From Marsupella aquatica (Eukaryota > Plantae > Marchantiophyta): a DNA stretch of 64,000 nt. The translations under genes and the position numbers were made by a program. Of this stretch, positions 46,938 through 60,919 are shown one piece after another (the first letter of the stretch is position 1; every line of letters starts with the position of its first letter). The notes beneath the pieces were generated by a model. That model had not been told where the DNA came from. It saw nothing but the letters and a program-made list of their open reading frames with translations, and did no database searches. The stretch is from the NCBI GenBank assembly GCA_973895155.1, contig OZ316893.1, positions 22,541,844 through 22,605,843 on the forward strand. The letters are read 5' to 3'.

Positions 46938-47830
46938 TGTGACAGGGTCCCCGTCTCGAAAAGTCATCATTAGGTGTTATTGGCAAGATGCATGTAAATA
47001 AATAAGCCAATATACACAAGGGTTTTTTAATTTTTTCTAATTTCTTAAAAGTTAATCATCCCGATGTGTGTTCATGTTGCTTAGGAAGGCCGAAGCTATT
47101 TGAAACCAGGAGTAACTATTTTTTTGACCCTTTGCTCTTTTGGGTCTTGTCTTTGTGGGAGAATAAAATAGAGATTCTTATCATGGGGTACCACCAAGTG
47201 AGATATGGAGACCCTGACAGTTTTTCCAGGCCCTGTGTAATATTGGAGAGGGGCTAGGTGAGGAAGAGTAGTTGGGAGGAGGCGGCTATGCAAACCTTTT
47301 GTGGAAGTTTTTTTTGTCTAGTAGGGAGGCGCGCTTTAGAGGAGTTTAAAACCTCTTGTTTAAAACCTCTCTATTAATGGAGAGGCCGACACCTGGCGAC
47401 TCCGCCATAGGGAGCCAAGCCGCGAAGAAGGAGCGCAGCCGGGAGGCAGTGGCCGGGGCGCAAAGGAGGGCGCAGCAGGGAGGCAGCAGGCCGAGCCGCG
47501 AAGGAAGGCGCAGCAGGTGGCAACCGCGAGCCGCAAGCAGGAGTGGGGGACCTAATAATTAAGGCTCCCCTGTTCTTGAGGAGGCCTCGTGCGCTGCAAG
47601 CCAGATGGAGGGCTGAGCGGGAATTAAGGCTCCCGCGAGCCAGGGGACAGGTGGCGGCCATGGGGGAGGCGCCCGGAGGGCAGCCGCGAGCTATGAGGGC
47701 CGGCCTGAAGATGGAAGGGATGGACTCGGGTGTCTTTCCTTTTGGTTTTTTTCTTTTTTTTCTCTCTTCTTTCTCCTCCGCGCTCGATTTCCCATTGTCC
47801 AACCCTAATGATTGAACTCCCTCCATGACC
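46938..47830 (+). mobile_element. 5' fragment of a family-B-like LTR
   Basis: Starts TGTGACAGGGTCCCCGTC (compare TGTGACGGGCCCCCGTC at 18859), then GGAGACCC, a GC-rich CCATAGGG tract and a pyrimidine tract in the same order as 18859-20090. Confidence 0.45.
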
Positions 47831-48995
47831 ACCTAGGCAAATGGTAGGTTGCAAGCAACGCCTATGGCATCACTTGCTACGAGGTAGCTTTGGCCAAAAA
47901 AAGGCAAAAAAATAAGCAATAAGAGAGGACAAGAGAAGACAGGAGAATGAGAAGAATGAACTGAGAGACTCTCCCTTTTATGCTAATCATCTCTAAGTTC
48001 CTAATTAATGTCACACCTAACTTCATTAGTTACTAATTAATATTATACTGAACCTAATTAAAAGCACACCCACCCATTCTTCTAGAATTACTCAAATAAA
48101 AATATATATCTATGTTGAAAAATGAGTGAGAAGTTTACAAAAGGAATAAAAGCACATTTTTTTGTTTTGATGTTGACCCCCTCTTACAAGAAAAAGGAAA
48201 GATTTATAAAACCTGAAATCTCTCTCTTCTTTGTCTTTTTTGTTCCTCCCCTTAAAAGATCCTTAAACCATCCCTCGCTCCCCACTTCTAACGCTCCCCA
48301 CTTCTAAGATAGAATATAGGGGTTAGCTAGTTCGATACACTCAACTAGTGTCTGCCCCTCTAGCAAGAAAAAATAAAAACAAAGACCATTTTGAAAATCT
48401 CTCCCTTCAATACCCTTAAACGTCTCAACAATTCAAGAAAAAATTCTTTAAACCCTTTTTATTTCTCCCCTTAAAGTAATCCTCCATCCAGGCCAAAAAA
48501 TAAAAATGTCTCTTTTTATTTTTTTGATTTTCCCCTTCTTTAAAATACCCTTCATTCTCTATCTGTTTTAATTCTCAAAGAAAATAAAATAATGAGATCA
48601 ACCATGGGGCATGCTCTTTTTTCATTTTTTTTCTAAACAAAACAGAAGCCCCTTCAAAAATCTTTTCGAGGTGCATGGATCCGAATGCATCTCCGGTTTA
48701 CTAAGGATTGCTGTCAGATCTCAGTTGCTTTAAAACCGTGTTTGGAGGATCATCTCTGTAATCGTTACATGCGTCCGAATTCTCCACTGATTGATCCCGG
48801 ATTGTTTTCATATCTCAGTTTCTGTGAAACTGTGTATGTGATAATCCGATCTCCTTTCTTTCATTCTTTCAGCAATCTAGGTTTCTGCATCGCCCGGTAA
48901 CGTTGGGGATATGGGATCTGGGATCGGAGAATAGGACCCCTGCATTGTCCATAGAAAAGCCGACCCAGCGAGTGAGTGTAGCGAAAGAATTAGAC

Positions 48996-51900
48996 ATGGC
49001 ACTTTCAGAAGTGAATGCCGTGGTACATCTCGTGGTGAAAGCCACTTCGTTTATCGCTCAGCTGCAGTATGGGTCGTACAAAGGTTCGGTGGAGCTCGAT
49101 GCGATGCAGAGCAAGCTTTGGGTCCTCAGGGCAAGGCATGGGCAGTGGAACGAACAGCTGCAGAGATATGGGATTTCCGAGGACAAGTATATACTACCTT
49201 TAGTGGAGGAAGCTACGAAAGCTCTCGAGAACTTCCAGCAGACGGTGGAGAAGCTCCAGAAATCCCTATTAAGGCGATTGAAGAAGAAGGTGTTCCCGGG
49301 CCAACTCTTTTACTTTGAGGATAAGATCTTTGAAATAGTGGATGCTGGCCCTCAGTTGCTTGCAACCAGTGTTGCCAACAATGATCTATTGGATAGATAT
49401 TTGGCACAGACTCCCGCGTCATTGCCTTTTGGTCCGGATAGAAACTATGTGCCAATTGCAAATTCGATTTTGCCTGTACGAAATGCACTGGAAAATACAG
49501 AAGGGCCCCGAGTAGTGACAGTTTATGGAGGCCCAGGAATCGGGAAGAGCAGCCTAGTGAAATACTTGGCCATTCACTACCAAGAAGAGCAGAAGCGACT
49601 TGGAATGGACGCATATTTCCCTCACGGTGTCTATTACCTCTGGTGCGGACAGGATGCAAGGAACAGAGTACAGCAGCTGCAACGTGAACTCCTGGAGAAT
49701 CTTGGGTTTGGAAGTAGATCTGCAACTCCAAATGGCTCTACCAGCACTGGTACTGATGTACAAGAAGCGGATTACACTGCTTTGTCTTCAACCAAAATCA
49801 AACTCAGATCTCGCTTGGCTGAGCAGGAGTCGCTGGTCATCTTGGACGACTTATGGCAGCCAGAGGTATTGCAAGAGCTCATCGTTCCTGCAAAGGGGGT
49901 TAAATATTTGGTCACATCCCAAATCAGAGACATTCACCTTTTAGCTGAAAAGATCCAGATAAACAGGCCCACCCTCAGAGAATCTATCCAGATCTTGGCT
50001 AATTATACCGACGGACTTCCAACAAAGGGTGAATTTCCTGGCAATATTAAGGTATGCTTTACAGCTCTGTTTCGTCTGATTTTCAGTAATTGATGTTTAC
50101 CGCTAGCGGCTAAGGTTTTGGCAATGCTCTATTTCGAGTACCTAGGCTTTGGATAGATGAAGGCGCGCATGAGCCCAATTCTCATATGTAAGGCAGCCGC
50201 TGTGATAATTCCAATTAGCGTAGTCTTGTGACTGATATTTAACACTATTACTTGCCTCAAGCAGAGCATTGCAATGAATATTATTGGACTGTTAGAGTTC
50301 CACCTGCTGTCTTTGGCCAACATTTGGCATCAGCATAAACAGGAGTCGGGCAACTGATATAAAACAGTGGAATGTGATAAAGAAACATATATACAACCAC
50401 CTTGATGAGAGTGATTACAGTCCACCTGCCTATGAGAAGCCATACGGTCTTCCCGTGTGTGTGTCGATGATGCTGATGGTGGAGTCGCTACCTGCAGAGG
50501 CACAACGGCTCCTTTTCCAGGTGGCTTTGTTGAAGGGTGAAGAATTGCCTGAACCACTAGTGAAGTATTTCTACAGCTTTATACAAAAGAAGAATTTTCT
50601 GTTGAAGTTTAATCATCATGAGAGGTGTTTAGAAGACAATTCACTGCTTCAATTGGCCATACGAGAAGATGGCACAATTCTGGACATTCATGGGTTGAGG
50701 ACGCACTACATTTTAGACAGGAAAAAGCCTGAAGTGAGATCAATAGGTTGTCAAATATTTAGCTGCCAGTGCGGATCAAGATGTAGCTAAGCTTGTGAAG
50801 ACGGGGGAAGCAGAGGAAACACTAGTTGCTGTTTTGAGCGCAATGTACTACGATGAATCGCTCGAAGAAATTGCAGCGGGCACTTTCGCGAACCATGTTC
50901 GTTTGATCTATGATGCGGTCGTTCCACGGAACTTGAATATGGAGAAAGACAGACTTGATCTCGTTAAGAGTGCACGACGAAAACACTACGGAATCCGAGA
51001 CCTTGTTTGGCTCTTGAATGCTGATCATGAAGAAGACAGTTGGGAACGACAAGCCCACGAGTCCACCAAGAAGGTATGGTTTATCATTGCCTAGGAGCAA
51101 GTTAAATTGTCGAGATTACAATGAATTTTAATCAGAACTTGTCTCAGTTGTTTTGATATATTGATTCGAAATCAGTCGTGCAGTGCGGCTTATTATTAAA
51201 GATGTTCTTCGGTCAAACCAAAGATGTGATTAATTTGGCGTAGACCTAACTGTTAGTCCAAGAAGAAACGCGATGTCCTTAATAGGCTCTTCGTACCCAT
51301 CACATTGTATAATTCTGAAGTGAGTGAAGTTTCCTTGCTGTTTGGATAGTACCCACATTTATCAATGACTTATCATTCGGGGTTTTGGTGATTGTGACAG
51401 ATTATCATCAAGTACGTTTGCCAAGGAAAATTGGAGGACCATAGTATGGCACACCTACTACGACTTCCCCAGGCCACCTCAGCAGCATGTAGAGCACTCA
51501 GGGCTCTTTATCATTGCCATGCAGAAGATTTCTTTCAGCACAATATAACTTTTTCAGAAGCATATGTTGAGACGATGCACAGTCTGTTGAATCTATTCCA
51601 CAGCAATGCCATATCAATGGACGAACGAATAGATGTCATCAATGCTCTTCTGCATATTCTTGATTACGAAAGCAAGGACTACATCCGCAAATTTGCCGCA
51701 GAGTATGAGAAACTCTTTGCCATGAAGTCAAATAATTATTTAAGTGAGTGGACAACATTTGCTTTGCGATCGGATTGGCGTGGTAGAGGGATTCTTACGA
51801 TGGCAGAGTTTCCTGGACTTTTGGAGTCAATCGTTGTGGTACTAGTAGAACCTGAGAATGACGAGTTAAAAAAAGAGGCAGTATGCCTTTTAAGTTGTTT

Positions 51901-53321
51901 CTGTCAGCACAGGCATTTGGCCACGAGAATTGCTGCTTTGCCGGATGCTCTTAATGCGCTCTTCAAGCTTTTCTTATCCGAGGATGAGCTCCCTAATCGC
52001 TTCCTCGATGGCGTCCCCGATGGGTTCTTATCAATTGTACGAAATGGGTGCGCGGGAGCTCTCCTGCTTAACCTTTCACATATACCGGAAAACAGGAGTA
52101 AACTGGGGGCAATCTCAGGCATCTGGGATGGCCTCGGAGGTATTCTCAGTAAGCTGGAGAGTCAGGAAGACCTGCACTACCGTCAGAAGCTACAGGCTTG
52201 TGACGCCGCCGGGATTCTGGGGTATCTGGCATTGGAGGAGGATCTTAGAACCACCATCGCTTTATGGAAGGTTTGTTTGTCTTGCAGTGGATCGAGATAG
52301 TTATCGAAGCTACTTCCACTGACATGACGGCTAGATATTATTATTCAACAAGAGCATTGATAATACTGTACTCCAAGGAACTGGCTGACGCAGAATTAAC
52401 TGACATGCCACCGATAGAAGACTTGGAGAAGTTGTTTGCTTCCCACAACCTTAATGTGTCGAAAGCCATGATACATAAATCTTATTTCAGTCTGTATTGG
52501 ACTCGAGTTCTGGCATGTATTCAGATCAAATCCTATGCAGAAGGCTTGAAGAATCTGGATCTAGCTCACTATCATGCCGATCTGATCCGAGAATTCGGTT
52601 CGGAGAATCTGGTCTGTCAAATTAGCAGTTTCGAAATCCAAAATTCCATTCATGTCTCCCCCGCAAGCCCATTAAGGTGAGGAAACCTTTTCCTTTGTAT
52701 TTAAAAAGCCACGCTAGTCCCTGCCAGTTCATTTTGCCTACAGTGTATTATTTTTGAGATGGAATATCTCGTCACAGGTCGTTAGTACTCAAGGTAATAA
52801 ATTCATCGCTGACCAGAGTCCTGAAATTTCTTTGCTAAGAACCGATAACTCCCTTAGCGTCTTCCAACCGCTGTGATACCTTCGGCTTGTCTCTGACTTA
52901 CACTACCAACTGCAGGGACTGTCGGATATTTCTACAAGCTATGGTTGAGGACTACTCAGGAGCCTTGCTGGCTACAAACAGGAGAGTTGAGGAGTATAAA
53001 GAACCTTCACGGGACGACTTGGCTGAGAGGGGAGTACTGAAGAGGCTTTCTGGAGATTTGCAAGGAAGCCTGGATGACTTAAATGCTGCCACGGTCGCAC
53101 GTTCCGGACTGAGTGACGAATGGGATGTCCTGTGGCAACGAGGTTACGTGAAGTATTTGATGGGCGACAAGACAGGGGCCAAGGATGATGCAGAATCTGC
53201 CCAACGCTTGAAACTTGATGACTTTTTAAGGAAGTCCGTAGACTGTCCTTGGGAGCTTAGGAAAATACCAGTAAGTTATTTGGGGCTTTCGCTGGAGGTT
53301 CCTCTGAAATGGTTCTCGTAG
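48996..53321 (+). pseudogene. NB-ARC (STAND ATPase)-ARM-TPR NLR-like gene; exons ~48996-50051, 50265-51073, 51401-52676, 52916-53321; apparently three frameshifts
   Basis: Helical N-terminus, P-loop GGPGIGKSSL, Walker B LVILDDLW, KYLVTSQ, MHD-like IHGL, ARM-like repeats (EAVCLL..., AGALLLNLS..ENRSK) and C-terminal TPRs (LAERGVLKRLSGDLQGSLDDL, LWQRGYVKYLMGD). GT-AG introns. Frame changes at ~50324, ~50755 and ~52263. Confidence 0.85.
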
Positions 53322-54759
53322 ATCTTTTTCCGGCCACATGACCTTGGCTACGCCTAATATTTCTGTGTTGTTACGATTTGACCTTTAAATCATTTGACGA
53401 GATCTTGACGGGATAATTTGGCTGAGACGTTACTTAGGTAGACTGACTGTTTGACTTATCGACTCAACGGCAAATTTATTTCAAATTTTTTTTGGGTACC
53501 TTTCTGGTCAATGCCTTGATATCCTGCATTCCACTTCAATGGTCCTGGCTTAATACAGTTCAGATAAGAAAAAACATTTTCTCCCAATTTGTCAAAAATA
53601 TCAGGACTACCCGTTGACTTGTGGATGGATTCGTTGGTTAGATTTTCTTTCACTCAAATTTTCTACAGAGCGAGAAAAGTCATACAGCTGAGGTACATAT
53701 ATCCTCACCTGAGTCTTGACCCTGAGATTCAAGGGAACAGACGCATTAGAGACCGTGGTCTTCCTCCAACTATGCACGTCTTTGACTGAACTTTCAAGAT
53801 ATTAGAGTAAGTTGATAAATGATCTCAAGACAATATAATCATGGTCTGATAGTGGTCAGTCATCCTTTTAAAAAGCCACTTTTGATTTTAGTTTTAGTTT
53901 CCTGCACACACATCACCACGGGAAATGAACAACATTTTCAGGCTGAATTATCATTCACTCATGACCTCAGGTTAGTCGTATAATCTAAATAGAAGCTCAG
54001 TTTAAGACACAGTTTATATATCTTGAAACAAAACCGCCCAGATGTCAAGGATTAGAATGCAAGAGCTTCACATATTAAATAGTAACTGTGTTCAAGGTTG
54101 GACGTGATGGAAAGAAATGATTGCTTCGTTGGTTGTCATATATAGACTGGTAAGATAGATCTGTCGGGGCTCATGTACAATCATCACTTTCTGTCAGAAA
54201 ACTCACCGAGAGCTGTTTAGCCAGGCCGTACTAATGCTTGTCCACCTTCACAAAGAAGGCATGGGAACAGCCTTCGGGTGTTCCTGACACTGAAAATACC
54301 TCCTCTTGTTGAAATCAAATATTATGGAGCAGGTTATCGGCCCCCTTGGTTGGAGGCAAGTCATATTTCCCAACATTCTGCAAAGCTCCCTATGCCCTAG
54401 TGACGTCTCCTTGATTCTCAAGGTCGAGTGGAGTGGTCAAATTATCTCCAAATCTCTGCATATGATCAATGATGACAATGATAAGGCCAGAATAACATAT
54501 GAAAAGGGGATACCACCGTCTTCACCTTACTTAACCAAATGAGTTGAAATTTTCTTGAGAGAAGAAGAGCTAGTAAGGGGATACCTCCACTTTATGTTAC
54601 GCCAACCTTACCCTAAGCGAACTTTACCTAAGTTGAGTAAGTCAAAGCCACGTTCATAATTTAGGTCATGTCTTTGCATTTTTAATTATGAAAAAATGGT
54701 GATGAAAAAATATGTTCAGATGATGTTAATTTTGTGTTGGGAATTTTGAAAAGTTTCTT

Positions 54760-55110
54760 GTACCTTATCAAATGATTTTAAAGTTACAATTGGGGTCAAA
54801 CATTACACCAACCCTTAAGGATGTGTTCACTAAAGAATTTCAATTTGCAACCTTATCAATTTTAAAGTTACAATTGGGGTCAAATAGTACACCGACCCTT
54901 GCAGATGTGTGCACCAGAATACCTTAACTTGTAAGCTTGTCAATTGTAGAATTACAATTGGGGTCAAACAGTACACCGACCTTACGGATGTGTGCACCAG
55001 AATGCCTTAGCTTGTAACCTTATCAATTTCAAAGTTACAATTGGAATCAAACCGTACACTTGCAAATGTGTGCATCATGATGCCTTAACTTGGAACCTTC
55101 TTGATTTTTA
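54760..55110. repeat. ~84-bp minisatellite, 4 copies
   Basis: TTACAATTGG(G/A)(G/A)TCAAA cores at ~54786, 54870, 54954 and 55037. Confidence 0.85.
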
Positions 55111-58100
55111 AGGTAATGGTTTGTTATGTTAAGAGTAGTATCAAATATAGATCTTGCTTCTGCTATTTCTATTGGAAAAGGAACAAAATGAAATACTCTC
55201 AAGCTTAAGTTTTCTTATGCTTTTCTTTGTAGCAAAGCTCCTTAGATAGAGTATTAGTGTTTACATTTTCTTTATTTGTTAAGATTTGAGAAAACATTTA
55301 CAAGTCAAATTTGAAGCTCCAATATTCTGGTCAAACAGTACACTAAGTTTAGATCTGAATATCAGAATGTTGAAAATTAGAACTTTATACTTTCTTTTAT
55401 TCACAAATAATTATCACAAATCAATATACTAGAGGTGAAATCTTAGAACTGCATAAATGTTTGATATTGGTTTATCACACAAAAATATTAGCAATCACAA
55501 CTATTAACCATATAGTGAGAAGAGAAAGAAATCAAACCTGTATTTCAAGTGTTGTAATAAAGTTGAGTTTGCTATTGATTGCCAAATAATTTGTAAACTC
55601 TCCCAAGCTTCTCTAGCAACCAAGAAGAAAATGTTCATCTTAAGAAAGGGTCAATGGGCTCAAGAATTGAATTCAAAGGTCATTGGGTCACTTCACAACT
55701 AATAAAATCCATACAAATTGTAATCATCAAACAAAACATGCAATCATACAAACCTACCTGGTCACACCATGAGAGCCCTACAAAAATACTATAGCACTTG
55801 CTGTCTGCCTCCAAGCTTGAATGTCTCATGTAAACTCTCCTCACACCTAGTGTGAAGTATGTTGTAATCCTCACTATAATCCTCCCTAGGCACACCAAAA
55901 GAGTAATGACTGAGTCAAGCCTCCAATCAATCTGCACAAGCCCCCAAACATTGAATACAACATCACTAATCTTCTATCCAACCTATTTTTATTCATATGA
56001 TTAGAGTTATTCATTTCTACATAATGAAGAAAGCTACATATAATAATAAGACAAATAATATCATAAAGTACAATTTATTATATAATCTACATCATGCAAG
56101 GAAATGAGTCTTCATACTCCCATGAAAGGTGGTCTATATATATAACCTCTCTCCCCACAACACTTGTGATGATTATACACTTATGGTTTTTGTCATTGTT
56201 TCCACTTGCCATGATATTAGGATAATGGTGAGAATTTTCTTTTACTAGTATGTATCAACAAATTGAATCTTCAAACTAAGTTGCCCAAGACTGTATTAGA
56301 GATAGTTATAACTAATGGCTGAATCCAAGCCATTATTTTTCTTATGGCTTACTCTTGTTATTGTAGGTGAGCTTTGATGTCAATTTAATTTAATGCACGT
56401 AAATTTAATACAAATTTACAACACTACTCTGCATGTACTTTGGCTATATAATTTACGTGAAAGAATTGAGTTGGACCCACATACTAGTTTTCTCCGGGCC
56501 CTTAGTATATAATGGCAATCAAAAACTAATTAAAGGGCATAACTGAAAGTGTGGGTGCAGACCAAAAAAAAACAAGGATGGAGCCAAAGGTGAATTGGAG
56601 ATAGAGAAAAATCCTTTTTCTGCAAAGTCCTTTTTTTGTTCTCACCTTTATTTAAATTGAAGGAACAAGTAATCAGGCCAATACTTAATTGTTATATATC
56701 ACAACTAGACAATGTTGTAATCGTCATTGATGAAGTGTGGTTGTTGCAGCTGTGTTGTCATATCTGGTTTTCATAGTGGCTCTGTCATAGATGGGGCAGC
56801 ATTGTGGTTGTTGAAGTCAATTGTTGTTTTACTGGGTGTTTTGTTGTTACCGTATTTGCACCAGGGTGGTCGTTGGGGTTGTGTTGTTGCTGGGGTAATA
56901 GAGCAATGCCCATGCATTTCACAATATCATTGAGCAAAGGTGACATTGTTGTGGAAATGTGGTCATTGCGGATCTGGAGTCTTTGCACTGAAATTAAACA
57001 GGCAGCATAAATAGGGCATGGAATGAAATGGATAAGGCCAGGAGAGTTGGGGCAAGAGATCAGGCAAGAGATCAGGCAAGAGCAGGAGCAAGGCTAATCA
57101 AAATGTAGGGGAAGGTTGAGTGAGTCTAGTACAATTAGGACTCCCTTAAATTATCCCCTTTCCAATGTGTGCTTGTTTACTTGTAGGTTTGGAGCAAAAT
57201 GACTCTCCAATTTGAAGTATCAAAAAGAACTCACAGCCAATTTCCCCTAGCCTCCTAGATTTCTTGAGCTACCTCCTCCCCCTTGCAAGTCTTCCCCCTA
57301 TTTTTGTCCTTGGTTTTTTTGTTTCTTGTAGTTCCTTTCATCCCCCCACCCCCCAACTGCTCAAATCCTCCTTTTCCCTTTTTTCCTCCCTCTCCAGTCC
57401 CATGTTCTACTTTATTTCCCCTCGAAATATATTTTCCCCAACTTCACCCAGCTTTCGGATCATTCTTCCCTCCCTCGTCACCCAATTCCTTTAGGCCCGC
57501 ACATGCTACCTGGCCACCTGCTGCCATGGGCAAAGGTCAATTGCCTTTCTTGGACTCTGTCCTATGCAATCCCACCAAAACCGCTATACTATGTAATCCC
57601 ACCAAAATTGGTCCATACTCTGTTTACAAATGGAGTTGTCGGTAGGAACCAATCTGACTAGGCCTATTTTCTAACCATAGACCATAGCAGTGCCCCTAGA
57701 CCTCTCCTAAAGCCTACTTCCTTGGACTGCCAGCCAGTGTGCAACAGTTTGCCTCCCTGGCCAACGCCTGTGCAGGAATGGGGAGGAGAGGCAGAGGAGG
57801 GGAGAGGGGGAAAAAGGGAATACCTCATGCCTCCTTCCTTGCCATCGCCTCCCTAGCTTTGTCCCTGCCCTGCACAACCCCCCTCATCCCTCCCTTGCTC
57901 ACCCTCTTCACAATTGGTCAGCAACATTGCATGGTGCCATGGGCGGACCCTGCCCTTGACCCCACTCTCAACATTTCACAGCACTTTTGCATGAACCAGA
58001 TTATCAACAATACCCCTGACCCCACACTTGACAATTTCCTTGTCTCCATAACTCTCCTTTGTTTTCTTCTTTGTCTCACCTGGAATTCTTTGCCTCACCT

Positions 58101-60086
58101 CAACAATTTCTCTGCAAAAGGCATTGGGTCCCTATATTATAGATGTATAAGTACAAAGGTCCAATCTTTGGGTAGTTTCGTTGAAGTTGTGTGATGACTT
58201 TGGTGGAAACACGGGCAGGACCACCTAAACGTGTTCCAGGCATTCTGTGCATGTTCTGTAGCTAATTTCAGAACCTATATCCAGAATTGTTAGGAACAGT
58301 CCTAAAGATGAGAAGGTGCCTAAAAAGTCTACGTTCAATTTGTATGATCCAATCTTAGATATAGCATGCTCATCCCGGAACATGTTTGAGTTTTGATTGA
58401 TTTGAAAGTAAATAAAATATGAGAACATAATTAGAAGGATTGGTGCACATTAGAAGACACCAGGTTAAATCAACATCGCATTAAGGCTCCCCAGCCTTCT
58501 TGGGGACCGTACCCTGCCTGTCACAAATCCCAAAGCTACTGCCCGCAAACCCACTTGACCGTCAATCACCGTTCTGGCGAACTCTAAATGTATTAGCCCT
58601 CTATAGCCCACTCTCAAATAAAGAAGATAATCTAAAAGTGATCATCCATGTGTTCCATGTCCGTCATTTCTCCTAGAAGAGATCATCCATGTGTTCCATG
58701 TCCATCCTTTCTCCCAAACAGACAGGATGAAGAAGAAACAGAAACTCAAAAAGTTTCCTCCTTTTTATTTCTGCCCTCTTACTTAGCCCCTTCAAAAGCG
58801 TAGTCCCTTTTCCAAGTGAAGAATAAAATTTCTTAATTTCTTAACAGCTATTCCTCCCTTTTTTAATTCCTCCCCTCTAATTTAGCTCCTTAGGTGACTC
58901 ATTTCACCCAAAGGAAAAAGAAACCAACCAAAAAAAAAAACACACATTGAAAGTTGGAGACAATAAAGTAAGAGGGAGCCATTGATGATAGTATACACTA
59001 AGAAGGGCATTGATGATAGTATATTTCTATATCTAACAAGAACTAACGAGTGTTGGAGAGTGTATATTGTATTTTGGAGAAATGTATGTGGAGAAAAGGA
59101 TAAGTAGGTAGAAAAAAAACTTAGACTCATTTTTGAGCCCCCACCACAAAGATGAACTTAAAGTTCATCCAACACTAAGAAGGGCATTGATGATAGTATC
59201 TACTTACTATAATATATAATCCCGCCTTTTTGTGCTCACTTTTGGAGGGAACTCATTATGACCATTGGATTTAAAATTTAAATTTTCCTGCCCATCAGAT
59301 CTGAGTAAGGAAGAATAAAGAGTTTGTCCTAGCCTGAGGCAGGGATCCATGGGCTTCCACCCACACCTAGACTCATATACAAACATCTTGAAAAAGGTCA
59401 TTGGGAATTGAGTTGACATGTGGCTATCATGGGTAGATGGGTCTGACAAGAAAATCTAAGTAGACCCCACATGATTGCCCCATTCACTTAAAGTAAGAAG
59501 TATAGACAACCTACAATACAAATTAAGTTGTGAGTTCAAAAGGGATGATTTATAGGAAAGTGGAAAAAAATTAAGTCTACTAGGAGTAGTGAAAACATTG
59601 TTTTTTTCTAATCTCTATAAAGTACTTTTTCCAGGTTACATTAACATTCAATCCTATATTCTTTATTGCAATAACCTTATTGACCAAAGACACAATGGCC
59701 CCAAGAATAAAATGACCCCAACAACGAAATGGCCGGAGTGATAAATGATTGTAACAATAAAATGGTTATAAGGACAAATGTGCAATGCAAGTTAGGGCAA
59801 TGGGTTTCTATATATGTCATATTTCAAATCTAACACTATAATATGCAATCCCGCCCATTTGGCCACTTTCATCCGTCGTCCCATTATGAATTCAAATTTC
59901 AGCGGGAATCAATCTTAACCGTCAGATACAAGCATCTCATTTTTTGTAGCCGTCCGATCGTGAAACGAGGCATGCACCAGATTGAATGAGGCACTCAGGC
60001 ACACGCAGCCCCCTCCATAGGGCTTCGCGCCCCTCCTGGCCCCGACACCCCTGCTCCCCGTCCGTGGCGAATGAAGGAGGCACGAG

Positions 60087-60258
60087 CCTCGCTCGCCCCC
60101 CTCCATAGGGCTTCGCGCCCTCTTACCTCGCTCGCCCCCCTCCATAGGGCTTCGCGCCCTCTTACCTCGCTCGCCCCCCTCCATAGGGCTTCGTGCCCTC
60201 CAGCCTCGCTCGCCCCCCTCCATAGGGCTTCGTGCCCTCCTGCCTCGCTCGCCCCCCC
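60087..60258. repeat. 39-bp GC-rich tandem repeat (~4.4 copies)
   Basis: Unit CCTCGCTCGCCCCCCTCCATAGGGCTTCGCGCCCTCTTA. Confidence 0.9.
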
Positions 60259-60919
60259 ATAACATGCGATTGATTGAATTCTCCCTATGGGACCGGCCCT
60301 CCTTGCACAGTGCAACGCACTGGCATAGGGCTCGTCACATTATAAAAAACTATCTCATCTCAAAGAGTCAGTGCAATCTACAAAAGTGGAAAAGGAAGGA
60401 ACAAACCAATACCATCAATATATTTCAATGATTTTGACACCCTTGGATTGAGTGAATGGGATCACCTATGGAAGTGAATACCATGGATGTTTTTGCTCTT
60501 AAAGTAGGTGTTTTCAAAATACATGTGCTGGCTAACTACTTTCAAAAATGACATGTGCATAACATTGGTATCAGATTTGTTTTGTTTTTTTTGCTAAGGA
60601 GAAGAGTAAATTTCATTTTTTTGAGAGATCATTTATCTTTTGCTCCATGTTGATTCTTCTTCTCTTTCTTAATCATGTTGGAAAGGGAGGGGGTGCCAAA
60701 GAGCCAGGATGGAAGACTGGAAGGAGAGAAAGGAAGGGCACAGAAGAGGAGATTGAAGAAAAAAGGGAAAAAATGTGAATTTATCTCCCTCCATATAGCT
60801 AAGGGCAACCACACTTGACCCTATAACACCCCAGCCGCCCCTTGTGTTGCGTTCCCTCCCATGCTCTCACCCTTGCCACAACATTGCTTTCACAATAGCA
60901 CCTTGGGACATACATTGCC

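Noticed and set aside
54760-55110. 84-bp periodic repeats (also 39-bp at 60087 and 72-bp at 44890) as CRISPR-like arrays
   Set aside because: Whole units repeat with no unique spacers, there are no cas genes, and the context is eukaryotic. These are minisatellites.
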